Below are positions 8,301-17,511 of a stretch of DNA of 64,000 bases, piece after piece. How positions within the stretch are numbered: position 1 is the stretch's first letter; the number at the start of each line of letters is the position of its first letter. Source of the stretch: an uncultured virus (IMG/VR IMGVR_UViG_3300046463_000302) (lineage: Duplodnaviria > Heunggongvirae > Uroviricota > Caudoviricetes); IMG/VR virus record IMGVR_UViG_3300046463_000302; one strand, written 5' to 3'. The notes beneath the pieces were generated by a model, which was not told where the DNA came from, did not search any database, and saw only the letters and a program-made list of their open reading frames with translations. Both the position numbers and the translations under genes were made by a program.

Positions 8301-9881
8301 ATTACCACCGTTCCCATTTCATTACCGCGCATGACGCCGTTCGACGAGCTACGCGCAAACCTCTCCGATCCAATGTGGAGGCTTTGCAACCTGTACAAGA
8401 TCATCACGAAAGGGTCCGACGATCCTGATGATCCGGGGCTGGTCGTCACTTTCAAGCCGAACCGTGCGCAACGCCGGTTGCTGAAACGGCTGTACTACCG
8501 AAACATCATCCTCAAGGCCCGCCAGCTAGGCTTTACCACGCTGATCGCGATTCTCTATCTCGACCACGCGCTATTCAACGCCAACGTACGCTGCGGGATC
8601 ATCGCGCAGGACCGCGAGACGGCTGAATCCATCTTCCGCGACAAGGTCAAGTTCGCCTACGACAACCTTCCCGAGTCATTGCGCGCGGCGATGCCGCTGA
8701 AGAAGGACAGCGCAACGGAACTGCTGTTCGCGCACAACAACAGCAGCATGCGCGTGGCAACGTCCATGCGGGGCGGCACGATCCACCGCCTGCACATTTC
8801 CGAGTTCGGGAAAATCTGCGCGAAGTATCCGGAGAAGGCCAAGGAAGTCATGACGGGCTCGATTCCGGCCGTGCCGCTCGACGGCATTGTGACGATCGAA
8901 TCGACGGCTGAAGGGCGGGAAGGGGAGTTCTACGAGCTATCGCAACGCGCCGAGGCCCAGCTGAAGGCCGGCAAGATCTTGACCAAGCGCGACTACCGCT
9001 TCCACTTCTTCCCCTGGTGGGGGCAAGACGAATACCGCATGGACCCGGCGGGCGTGCCGCTGGGGCCGAAGGATATCGAGTACTTCACCGAGATCGAGGC
9101 CAAGATCCGCCGCGCGCTCGACCCGGAACAGAAGGCATGGTACGTCGCCACGCGCGACGCCGACTTCCCCAACAATCCAGAGCGTATGTGGCAAGAATAC
9201 CCATCGACGCCCGAAGAGGCGTTTCAAAAGTCGTCCGAGGGCTGCTACTTCACCCAGCAGATCGCCGCGGCGCGCAAGGCCAAGCGAATCACCAAGGTTC
9301 CGCACGTCGATGGTGTTCCGGTCCACACGATATGGGATATCGGCAATAGCGACGGCACCGCGATATGGCTGTTCCAGATCATCGGCATGCAGTACAGGTT
9401 CATCGGCTTCCTCGAGGGCTGGGGCGAGACGTATAGCTACTTCGTGCGCGAGCTACACAAACTGCCGTATGTCTACGGCAAGCACCACCTTCCGCACGAC
9501 GCCGGCCATGAGCGCATGCGCGAGGACGAGGACACGGCCATGACGCCCGCAGCATCGCTCGAGCGACTTGGCCTGCGCAACGTCGATATCGTGCCGCGCA
9601 TCCCTGAGAAGCAGATGAGCATTCAGGCCGCCCGCGACTGGTTCGGCAACTGCTGGTTCGACGAGGAAGCGTGCAAGGACGGGATCATCCACCTCGAGAG
9701 CTACAAGCGTAAATGGAACACGGCGACCGGCGCATGGACGTCCGAGCCGCTTCACGACGAGCATAGCGAAGCTGCTGACGCGTATCAGCAGGGCGCGATT
9801 GTGTATCAACTCAGGCCGCCGAGGCAGAACAACGGCGAATCACGCAACAAACCACGCAAATCTAGCTGGAGAACGGTATGA
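8298..9881 (+). CDS. terL: terminase large subunit
   Basis: ILKARQLGFTT Walker A, LHISE Walker B, TIESTA, WDIG nuclease motif; start codon uncertain. Confidence 0.95.
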   Translation: MITTVPISLPRMTPFDELRANLSDPMWRLCNLYKIITKGSDDPDDPGLVVTFKPNRAQRRLLKRLYYRNIILKARQLGFTTLIAILYLDHALFNANVRCGIIAQDRETAESIFRDKVKFAYDNLPESLRAAMPLKKDSATELLFAHNNSSMRVATSMRGGTIHRLHISEFGKICAKYPEKAKEVMTGSIPAVPLDGIVTIESTAEGREGEFYELSQRAEAQLKAGKILTKRDYRFHFFPWWGQDEYRMDPAGVPLGPKDIEYFTEIEAKIRRALDPEQKAWYVATRDADFPNNPERMWQEYPSTPEEAFQKSSEGCYFTQQIAAARKAKRITKVPHVDGVPVHTIWDIGNSDGTAIWLFQIIGMQYRFIGFLEGWGETYSYFVRELHKLPYVYGKHHLPHDAGHERMREDEDTAMTPAASLERLGLRNVDIVPRIPEKQMSIQAARDWFGNCWFDEEACKDGIIHLESYKRKWNTATGAWTSEPLHDEHSEAADAYQQGAIVYQLRPPRQNNGESRNKPRKSSWRTV

Positions 9882-10039
9882 AAGCCGTGCTTTTCATCGG
9901 GCTAGTGCTCATTGCATACCGCATGGGATGGGAGAGCGCGCACAAGACCGTTGCAAGCGAGTGCAGGCGACTCGGATCGTTTTACGTCGGAAGCAGCACA
10001 TTCAAATGTATTGAAATCACACAGGAGCATAACAAGTGA
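9878..10039 (+). CDS. small membrane-anchored protein
   Basis: 53 aa MKAVLFIGLVLIAY..ECRRLGSFYVG..FKC, overlaps both neighbours by 4 nt. Confidence 0.6.
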   Translation: MKAVLFIGLVLIAYRMGWESAHKTVASECRRLGSFYVGSSTFKCIEITQEHNK

Positions 10040-10464
10040 CCACGCAACGCCCATTTCTCGACCTGACCCGCAATGCATTCGTCCGCCACCTGGGCGAGTT
10101 CACGCTATACGGCACATGGTGCAACGCTGCCGACGACCAAACCGAGCCGTGCCTTGTCATCCTGCCGCGTTTCCGCCGTATTGGTGCGAAACCATGCTGT
10201 ATAGCACTGTCGTCCGCATTCAAATACAATGACGCGCGTTATGCGGTACTAAAATCAGACCACTTTCTACGGGAAATGGGCATGGAGCCGGGAATGACTG
10301 CCACGCGGACGCTGGCAACCCTGATTCATGACCACCTTCAAGACCTGATCGAAATGCCGCCCGAGCCGACACAGGCAATTGTCGTTGGTGAGGCAAACGT
10401 GGACATGGGCGACGGGCAGCGCCGCAAGGTCGAGATCCTGGAACACGCCCAAGTTCCGCACTGA
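10036..10464 (+). CDS. conserved hypothetical protein upstream of portal
   Basis: AGGAG RBS, 142 aa. Confidence 0.7.
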   Translation: MTTQRPFLDLTRNAFVRHLGEFTLYGTWCNAADDQTEPCLVILPRFRRIGAKPCCIALSSAFKYNDARYAVLKSDHFLREMGMEPGMTATRTLATLIHDHLQDLIEMPPEPTQAIVVGEANVDMGDGQRRKVEILEHAQVPH

Positions 10465-10484
10465 GCAACGACAAGGAGCGGTAA

Positions 10485-12725
10485 ATGTTCGAGAACGAGC
10501 GAGTCAACAGGGACAATCCGGTCGATCGGCTACAAACGGCCGTGGCGGAAGAGGCCGCGGCGCCTGAGCACCCGCTCGATTCCGAGGCAATGAGCCAGTT
10601 GCACGAATCTTTGCTGGCTTTCTACCACCAGGAACTAGACCGGCAGGGCGAGAACCGCTTTCAGCAGGCCGTCGACGAGGACTATTACGACAATATCCAG
10701 TGGACGGAAGAGGATGCACAGGTTTTGAAGGACCGCGGGCAGGCGCCGCTGGTCTACAACGTAATTTCGACGTCGGTGAACTGGATCATCGGCAGTGAGA
10801 AGCGCAACCGGACCGACTTCAATATCCTGCCGCGAAAGAAAGAGGACGGGCGGGCCGCCGAACTCAAGACCGCGCTCCTTAAATACCTTTCCGACGTCAA
10901 CCGCACGCCGTTCAATCGTTCGCGGGCATTCGAAGATACCGTCAAGGTCGGAATTGGCTGGATCGAGGACGGCGCGCAGGACGATGACGACGGCGAAATG
11001 CTGTATTCGCGCTACGAGTCGTGGCGCAACATGCTTTGGGACAGCGCCGCGACTGAGTTGGACCTGTCGGACGCCCGCTATGTGTTCCGTTCCAAGTGGA
11101 CCGACGTCGATATCGCGCTGACCTACTTCAAGGGCCGCGACGATCTAATCAAGGAATCGGTCACGCATGGCGCAAAGTACGGCATTGGCAGCGATTCCGA
11201 CGGCGACGACGCGATGGATTCCGCCGAGTATGAGCGTCAGGAGCACAGCTACGCACGCGCGCTCACCACTAACACGCGGGACCGCGTCCGCCTGATCGAA
11301 TGCTGGTACCGCACGCCCGAGCAGGTAAAGCGCATCAAGGGCGGACCGCGCCACGGCGAAGTATTCGACGAGAACGACCCGCACCACCAGGCAGCTATCA
11401 CCGTCGGCAACGGCGTGCTGATCGACCGCATCATGATGCGCGTACGCTGCGCGATCTTCACGACGAGCGGCATGCTTTGGGAAGGCCCGACACCTTACCG
11501 CCATAACCGCTTTCCGTTCACGCCCATTTGGGGCTATCGCCGTGGCCGCGACGGCCTGCCGTACGGCGTGATTCGCTGGATGCGCGACATTCAGGACGAT
11601 ATCAACAAGCGGGCATCGAAGGCGCAATACATTCTCGCGACCAATAAAACGGTCATGGACGAAGGCGCTGTCGAAGATATCGAGAAGTTCCGGGAGGAAG
11701 TGTCCCGCCCCGACGCGGTCATTCAGAAGAAGCCGGGCAAGATGCTCGAGATCAACGTGGACCGCGATCTAGCGCCGGCACACCTGGATCTCATGAGCCG
11801 CAACATTCAGATGATCCAGCAGATTGGCGGGGTCACTGATGAACTCATGGGCAAGTCGACAAGCGCCGTGTCGGGCGTTGCGATCCAGCGCCGGCAGGAC
11901 CAAGGCAGCGTCGCGACGAACAAGTTCTTCGACAATTTACGCCTCGCGGTGCAGATCCAGGGCGAGACGCAGCTATCGTTGATCGAACAGTGGTTCACCG
12001 ACGAAAAAGACTTCCGCATCACGAACAAGCGCGGCGTTGCGTCATACATGACGGTCAACGATGGACTGCCCGAGAACGACATTACGCGCACGAAGGCCGA
12101 CTTCATCGTAGACGAGGCGACGTGGAATGCGTCGATGCGTCAGGCGCAGGCCGAGCAGCTTGGCGAGTTGATGGTCAAGATGCCGCCGCAAGTCGCACTG
12201 GTCATGCTCGACCTGTTCGTCGAACTGATGGACATTCCGAACCGCGAGGCGATCGTGGCGCGCATTCGCCAGGTCAACGGCATGAGCGATCCGGATGCAA
12301 CCGAGCCGAGCCCGGAACAGCAGGCCGCGCAACAGGCGCAGGCCGAAGCGCAGCAGATGCAGCGCAATATGGCGCAGGCAGAATTGGACGAAAAGCAGGC
12401 CAAGGCCGACAAACTCAAGGCCGAAGCCGATCAAGTTCGCCGGCTGACCGTGCAGGAGAACGTTCAATCGACGTTGCTCGCCACGCAGGCCGCGCAAATC
12501 GCAATCGTCGCGCCGGCTACGGCAAGCGTGGCAGACGCGATCCTTCACGAATCTGGCTGGAATGGCCCCGGCGGTGGCCTTCCTTTGCTCGAGCAGCCGC
12601 CGACGCAGCAACCGCAGCAGCAACCCCAGCCAGGTAATGGCGGACAGCCTATGGTGCCGAATGGTGCGGCACTAAATGGAATGCCGCCGCCTCAAATGCA
12701 ACCCATGCAAGGACAACCACAATGA
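10485..12725 (+). CDS. portal protein (P22/N4-like podovirus type)
   Basis: YYDNIQW..RGQAPLVYN, PYGVIRWMRDIQDDINKR, SGVAIQRRQDQG, Q-rich tail. Confidence 0.93.
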   Translation: MFENERVNRDNPVDRLQTAVAEEAAAPEHPLDSEAMSQLHESLLAFYHQELDRQGENRFQQAVDEDYYDNIQWTEEDAQVLKDRGQAPLVYNVISTSVNWIIGSEKRNRTDFNILPRKKEDGRAAELKTALLKYLSDVNRTPFNRSRAFEDTVKVGIGWIEDGAQDDDDGEMLYSRYESWRNMLWDSAATELDLSDARYVFRSKWTDVDIALTYFKGRDDLIKESVTHGAKYGIGSDSDGDDAMDSAEYERQEHSYARALTTNTRDRVRLIECWYRTPEQVKRIKGGPRHGEVFDENDPHHQAAITVGNGVLIDRIMMRVRCAIFTTSGMLWEGPTPYRHNRFPFTPIWGYRRGRDGLPYGVIRWMRDIQDDINKRASKAQYILATNKTVMDEGAVEDIEKFREEVSRPDAVIQKKPGKMLEINVDRDLAPAHLDLMSRNIQMIQQIGGVTDELMGKSTSAVSGVAIQRRQDQGSVATNKFFDNLRLAVQIQGETQLSLIEQWFTDEKDFRITNKRGVASYMTVNDGLPENDITRTKADFIVDEATWNASMRQAQAEQLGELMVKMPPQVALVMLDLFVELMDIPNREAIVARIRQVNGMSDPDATEPSPEQQAAQQAQAEAQQMQRNMAQAELDEKQAKADKLKAEADQVRRLTVQENVQSTLLATQAAQIAIVAPATASVADAILHESGWNGPGGGLPLLEQPPTQQPQQQPQPGNGGQPMVPNGAALNGMPPPQMQPMQGQPQ

Positions 12726-13705
12726 ATCTGAACGACGGACTGACTGAAGAAGAACGCGCCGCGCTGGCGCTCGACGACAACGGAGACGAGGTCAATGGCG
12801 AAGGTGCTGGTAGTGGTGCTGGGGACGGGAGCGGCGCGGGCGGCGATGCTGGCGCAGGCGCTTCCGGAGACGGAGCCGGCGATGCTGCTGGAGCCGGTGC
12901 TGACGCGGCTGGATCGGATGCCGCCGGTAGTGCGGGCGATGCTGGCAGCGGCGCCGGAAGTGGAGCGGGCGCAGCCGACGGAGCCGGTGCAGCAGGAGAC
13001 GGTAATGGTGCTGGCGATGGCGCAGGAGCGGGCGAAGGTGCAGGCGAGGGCGCAGATGCAGAAGGCCAACCGCGTCCCGTTCTCGTCGCCGAAGCGCCGG
13101 CTGATGCCGAGGCGCGGCTAAAGCAGATCGCCGACAAGCGCGCCGAGCTGCGCAAGCAGTACGACGACGGCGATATCACGTTCGAAGAGTACGACGGCGC
13201 CAAGGATTCGCTCAATGCCGAAGAACGCAAGATCGAGCGCGCCGTGGACAAGGCAACGCTCGCTGCGGAGTTGACGCAGCAGCAGGCGAAGAACGAATGG
13301 GAGACGACCGTTTCCGGCTTTCTGGCCGCGAACGATTCGTACAAGAAGAACCCTGTTCTCTATCGTGCGCTCGACAGCGAGGTAAAGCGCGTCGCCAGCG
13401 AAGAGTCCGCCAAGAATTTGAGCTTCCGTCAGATTCTGGAGAAGGCGCATGAGGCAGTATCGAGCGCATTCGGCGTACCTGCGGCAAAGCCGGCTGACCA
13501 GAAGGCCGCCGATGCAGCGAACAAAGGCCGCAAGCAACCGGAGTTGCCGCCCACGCTGCGCAAGGTGCCGGCCGCCGAGTCCGCCGACACAAGCGGCAAC
13601 AAGTACGCCGCGCTCGATCGGCTGTTGGAAACCGATCCGATCGCGTACGAGAACGCGCTGGCGAAGATGACCAAGGCCGAGCGCGACGCCTACTGCGCGC
13701 AATAA
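12722..13705 (+). CDS. head scaffolding protein
   Basis: Acidic Gly/Ala-rich N-terminus, coiled coil, position between portal and capsid. Confidence 0.75.
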   Translation: MNLNDGLTEEERAALALDDNGDEVNGEGAGSGAGDGSGAGGDAGAGASGDGAGDAAGAGADAAGSDAAGSAGDAGSGAGSGAGAADGAGAAGDGNGAGDGAGAGEGAGEGADAEGQPRPVLVAEAPADAEARLKQIADKRAELRKQYDDGDITFEEYDGAKDSLNAEERKIERAVDKATLAAELTQQQAKNEWETTVSGFLAANDSYKKNPVLYRALDSEVKRVASEESAKNLSFRQILEKAHEAVSSAFGVPAAKPADQKAADAANKGRKQPELPPTLRKVPAAESADTSGNKYAALDRLLETDPIAYENALAKMTKAERDAYCAQ

Positions 13706-13727
13706 GTGAATAACCAAGGGACCGACT

Positions 13728-13919
13728 GTGCTGAAAATTGACCTGAAGCCGAACGAGAGCGTCACGATCGGAGACGATATCGTCGTGACGCTCGAGGAAA
13801 AATCCGGCCAAATCGCGCGCCTATCGTTTCAGGCGCCGAAGTCGGTCCCCATCAAGCGCGTGCAGCCGGCGACGCCCGCCAATGTCGCGGCATCGTATGG
13901 ACTTGGCGTAAAGCCGTAA
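13728..13919 (+). CDS. CsrA/RsmA-like carbon storage regulator homolog
   Basis: MLKIDLKPNESVTIGDDIVVT..ARLSFQAPKSVPIKR matches the CsrA pattern. Confidence 0.8.
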   Translation: MLKIDLKPNESVTIGDDIVVTLEEKSGQIARLSFQAPKSVPIKRVQPATPANVAASYGLGVKP

Positions 13920-14047
13920 GAAGTTGCGTAAAGCTGGAAACATTTTGCGTGTGATGGTTGCAATTTAGCACCGACACAGCGAAAATCCGACCAACGTAGC
14001 GCAGGAGTGCGACGTGAATTCGACAATCCATTCATGGAGCACTCCGT

Positions 14048-15148
14048 ATGTCTCAAACAGTCGTCGCCTTTGGCGACGTAAAAGCCCAAAAGAAGTGGTC
14101 CGCTAACCTGGCGGTCGACGTCGTCAAGAAGTCGTACTTCGAAGGCAAGTTCATCGGCACCGATGACAACGCGATCATCCAGCGCAAGACCGATCTCGAA
14201 AGCGATTCGGGCGACCGCATCTCGTTCGACCTGTGCGTGCAGATGCGCGGCGAGCCGACCTACGGCGACAAGCGCCTGGAAGGCAAGGAAGAACAGTTGA
14301 AGTTCTTCACGGACGAGGTTGCAATCGACCAGGTCCGTAAGTCCGCATCGGCCGGCGGCCGCATGACCCGCAAGCGCACGTCGCACGATCTCCGTGCCGT
14401 GGCGCGCGACCGCCTTGGCGACTACTTCAGCCGCCTGTTCGACGAACTGGTATTCATGTACCTGTCGGGCGCACGCGGCGTGAATGCCGACTTCATCGAA
14501 GGCCCGGCCTACACCGGCTTCGCCAACAACCCGTTCAACGCTCCGGACGTCGACCACTTGCTGTACGGCGGCGCAGCTACGAGCAAGGCATCGCTCGCAG
14601 CGACCGACACCATGAGCCGCATCGTTATCGAGCGCGCGAACGTGAAGGCTTCGATGATGCAGGCCATGAATCCGGACACGGCAAACATGGTTCCGGCATC
14701 GGTCGACGGTGGCAACGATTCGTACGTGTGTCTCATGTCGGTGTTCCAGGAGCACTCGATGCGTACGGCTGACGCGGCTGGCTGGCTGGAAATCCAGAAG
14801 GCCGCGGCGGCTGCTGAAGGTCGCAACAACCCGATCTTCAAGGGCGGCTTGGGCATGGTCGGCAACACGATCCTGCACTCGCATCGCAACGTGATCCGCT
14901 TCAGCGACTACGGCGCAGGCGCAAACCTGCCCGCAGCACGCGCGCTGTACATGGGCCGTCAGGCTGCTGTCGTCGCATACGGTTCGAAGGGCGGTCTGCG
15001 CTACGACTGGCAGGAAGAAACGAAGGACTACGGCAATGAGCCGACGGTTGCTTCGGGCTTCATCGGCGGCATCAAAAAGACGCAGTTCAACGGCAAGGAC
15101 TTCGGCGTTATCGCGATCGACACGTACGCGAAGGACCCGAACTCGTAA
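14048..15148 (+). CDS. major capsid protein (N4-gp56 family)
   Basis: TDLESDSGDRISFDL, LEGKEEQL, IDQVR, NPIFKGGLG, DFGVIAID. Confidence 0.93.
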   Translation: MSQTVVAFGDVKAQKKWSANLAVDVVKKSYFEGKFIGTDDNAIIQRKTDLESDSGDRISFDLCVQMRGEPTYGDKRLEGKEEQLKFFTDEVAIDQVRKSASAGGRMTRKRTSHDLRAVARDRLGDYFSRLFDELVFMYLSGARGVNADFIEGPAYTGFANNPFNAPDVDHLLYGGAATSKASLAATDTMSRIVIERANVKASMMQAMNPDTANMVPASVDGGNDSYVCLMSVFQEHSMRTADAAGWLEIQKAAAAAEGRNNPIFKGGLGMVGNTILHSHRNVIRFSDYGAGANLPAARALYMGRQAAVVAYGSKGGLRYDWQEETKDYGNEPTVASGFIGGIKKTQFNGKDFGVIAIDTYAKDPNS

Positions 15149-15161
15149 GCGTCGAGCGGTA

Positions 15162-15191
15162 GAGGGGCCGGTTAGCGCTGGTCCTTCCTTC
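15162..15191 (+). terminator. hairpin/terminator after capsid gene
   Basis: GAGGGGCCGG..CTGGTCCTTC stem. Confidence 0.4.
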
Positions 15192-15218
15192 TGAACACCC
15201 CTGAATTGAGAGGAACAC

Positions 15219-15686
15219 ATGCCTGCATTTCTTCAAACGCGCGTAGCGCAGGGCTCTCGCCCGGTAGTCACGCCGGATTGCGCTGGCGACGTCGTATTCC
15301 AGCGCTTCTACTTCGATCTCGCCGCGGCGCTGGCGCTGGGCGACATCATCGAACTCGGCATCTTGCCGGCGGAAACCACCATCGTTGACGCGTATCTCGA
15401 CAGCGACGACCTGGACACGAACGGCGCGCCGGCTATCAAGCTGGACGTCGGCCTCATGTCGGGCACGCCGGGCGTCATCGACGGCGCGCGCACGGTCGGC
15501 ACCGAACTGTTTGCAGCTGACACCACGGCGCAGGCCGGCGGCGTTACGCGCATGAGCAAACAAACCGGCTTCCGCATCGCGACCGCAACGACCGATCGCT
15601 CGATCGGCGTGAAAGTGAACACGGCGCCTGCAACGGGCGCGACGACTGGCCGTATCGCAGTCGGTGTGTGGATGATCCAGCCGTAA
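15219..15686 (+). CDS. virion protein (possible capsid decoration)
   Basis: GAGAGG RBS, beta-rich 155 aa, follows capsid. Confidence 0.7.
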   Translation: MPAFLQTRVAQGSRPVVTPDCAGDVVFQRFYFDLAAALALGDIIELGILPAETTIVDAYLDSDDLDTNGAPAIKLDVGLMSGTPGVIDGARTVGTELFAADTTAQAGGVTRMSKQTGFRIATATTDRSIGVKVNTAPATGATTGRIAVGVWMIQP

Positions 15687-15763
15687 GGCACCGCGGATCA
15701 TCAGTACGAGAGGGGCCGAGCGCCCCTCTGTTCATAACAGCAGTAGCAGAGGACAAATCCACC

Positions 15764-16237
15764 ATGAAAATCCAGTGCATCTTGAAACGGGAAGGCGGCA
15801 CGCACATCGAATTGCGTGGCACGAACTACCACTTCGCGCCGCAGCCCGACGGCCGCCATGTCGCGGAAGTCACCGACGAGGCGCATATCTCGCGTCTGCT
15901 GTCGATCCCGGAAGCGTATCGCGTCGTTGCCGATGCGCCGGCCGCGCCGAAGCCTGCAGCCGCACCGATCCCTGAGCCGACTATCCAAACGCCGCCAGTC
16001 GATCCCGCCCTGTCCAGTGGCAATGCTCCATGGACCCCGCCCCCCGCACCGACCGATAAGGCGCAGGGCAGCGAACAGCAAGGCGGCACGCTTGAATCCG
16101 ACGACGGTGAGCCGGTCGAGGACCATTCCGAACTGCGCCGCCTGCTGGCCGAGCAGTACAAGGAAAAGTTTGGCCGCATGCCGCACGGCAAGTGGACCGC
16201 TGCAAAGATCGATGAAGAACTGAAGAAAGGCCAGTAA
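15764..16237 (+). CDS. hypothetical virion-associated protein
   Basis: GAGG RBS, MKIQCILKREGG.. Confidence 0.7.
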   Translation: MKIQCILKREGGTHIELRGTNYHFAPQPDGRHVAEVTDEAHISRLLSIPEAYRVVADAPAAPKPAAAPIPEPTIQTPPVDPALSSGNAPWTPPPAPTDKAQGSEQQGGTLESDDGEPVEDHSELRRLLAEQYKEKFGRMPHGKWTAAKIDEELKKGQ

Positions 16238-16881
16238 TGACGATCACCGCGCAAGACGTCCTGACCCGCGCCGGCAAGGTTCTCAACGACGACGCGCAAG
16301 TGCGCTGGACGCTTGATGAACTGCTGCTGTGGGTAACGGACGCTTTGCGCGAGATCGCCACGCGGAAACCTGTCGCGCTGTCGCGCACTGGCGTATGGAC
16401 GCTAGTGGCAGGCACGCGGCAGGCTATCCCGCCCGATTCGATTCGCCTGATCGACATGACCAGGAACATGGCGAGCGACGGCGTCACGCCGGGCTACTCG
16501 ATCCAGCCGGCGCTGCGCGGGGAACTCGACGCCCAAGCACCCGATTGGCATATGTCGCGCGCTTCGACGCGCATCAAGCACGTCATCTATGACCCGGATA
16601 CGGACCCGCTCCATTTCTTCGTCTATCCGCCGGCTGTCGATGGCGTGAAGGTGGAAGTGGTTGACTGCCAGAGCCCGACTCCGGTTACGGATAAGGACGC
16701 AGTTCTTCCCGTCAAGGACCAGTACATAAGCGCGGTCGTCTCGTTCGTTCTCTATCGCGCGCTGTCGCGAGAGAGCGAGGACGCAAGCGGGAACCTCGCG
16801 GCTGCGCACTATTCCGCGTTTGTCGGCGCGCTCGGTCAACCGCAGCAGGCAGCGCAGGCAGCGCAAACGGCAGGGGTGTAA
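16237..16881 (+). CDS. head-tail adaptor
   Basis: LNDDAQVRWT..LVAGTRQ..FFVYPP..YRALS pattern. Confidence 0.75.
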   Translation: MTITAQDVLTRAGKVLNDDAQVRWTLDELLLWVTDALREIATRKPVALSRTGVWTLVAGTRQAIPPDSIRLIDMTRNMASDGVTPGYSIQPALRGELDAQAPDWHMSRASTRIKHVIYDPDTDPLHFFVYPPAVDGVKVEVVDCQSPTPVTDKDAVLPVKDQYISAVVSFVLYRALSRESEDASGNLAAAHYSAFVGALGQPQQAAQAAQTAGV

Positions 16882-16884
16882 CGC

Positions 16885-17505
16885 ATGCGTGACCTGGACG
16901 TATTCCTTCCCAAAATCATGCCGAGTGCAACGGGTGTATCTGAGCCCACGGCGCTCGACGCGATCCGCGATACGGTAGCTGAATTCTGTCGCCGCACGCG
17001 CCTTTGGCGATTCGACGAGACATTCGACGTTTCGACGGCTGATTCGCAGGCTATCGCGGCGCCGTACGGTGCGCTATTGCTCGACATTGAGCGCATCGAC
17101 TTCAACGGCATCAAGCTGGATCCGATATCGACGCAATGGCTCGATAGCTACGTGCCGAACTGGCGCAGCGCGGACCCGTCCGGAAACGCCAAGTGGTACA
17201 CGCAGATCGACCGCGGAACCATCACGCTTGTCCCTGCATGCGCGGGCACCGTGCGCACATGGGTAACGCTTGAACTGAGCCAGGACGCGGAGCAGGTTCC
17301 CGACTTCATTGCAGATCAGCACCGCGAGACGATCGCGAGCGGCGCGCTCGCCCGCATCCTCATGCTTCCGGGCAAGCCGTACAGCAATCCCAATCTCGCG
17401 CAGGCGAGGAAGGTGGCGTTCGACGCAGATATCGACAGCCTGAAGTCGCAGGTAATAAGCGGCCAACAACGCGCGCGCGTCGGTTCGCGTGCGCAATTCA
17501 TGTAA
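16885..17505 (+). CDS. second adaptor/tail connector protein
   Basis: EFCRRTRLWR..IASGALARILMLPGKPYSNP, position in tail cluster. Confidence 0.7.
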   Translation: MRDLDVFLPKIMPSATGVSEPTALDAIRDTVAEFCRRTRLWRFDETFDVSTADSQAIAAPYGALLLDIERIDFNGIKLDPISTQWLDSYVPNWRSADPSGNAKWYTQIDRGTITLVPACAGTVRTWVTLELSQDAEQVPDFIADQHRETIASGALARILMLPGKPYSNPNLAQARKVAFDADIDSLKSQVISGQQRARVGSRAQFM

Positions 17506-17511
17506 TCGCCA

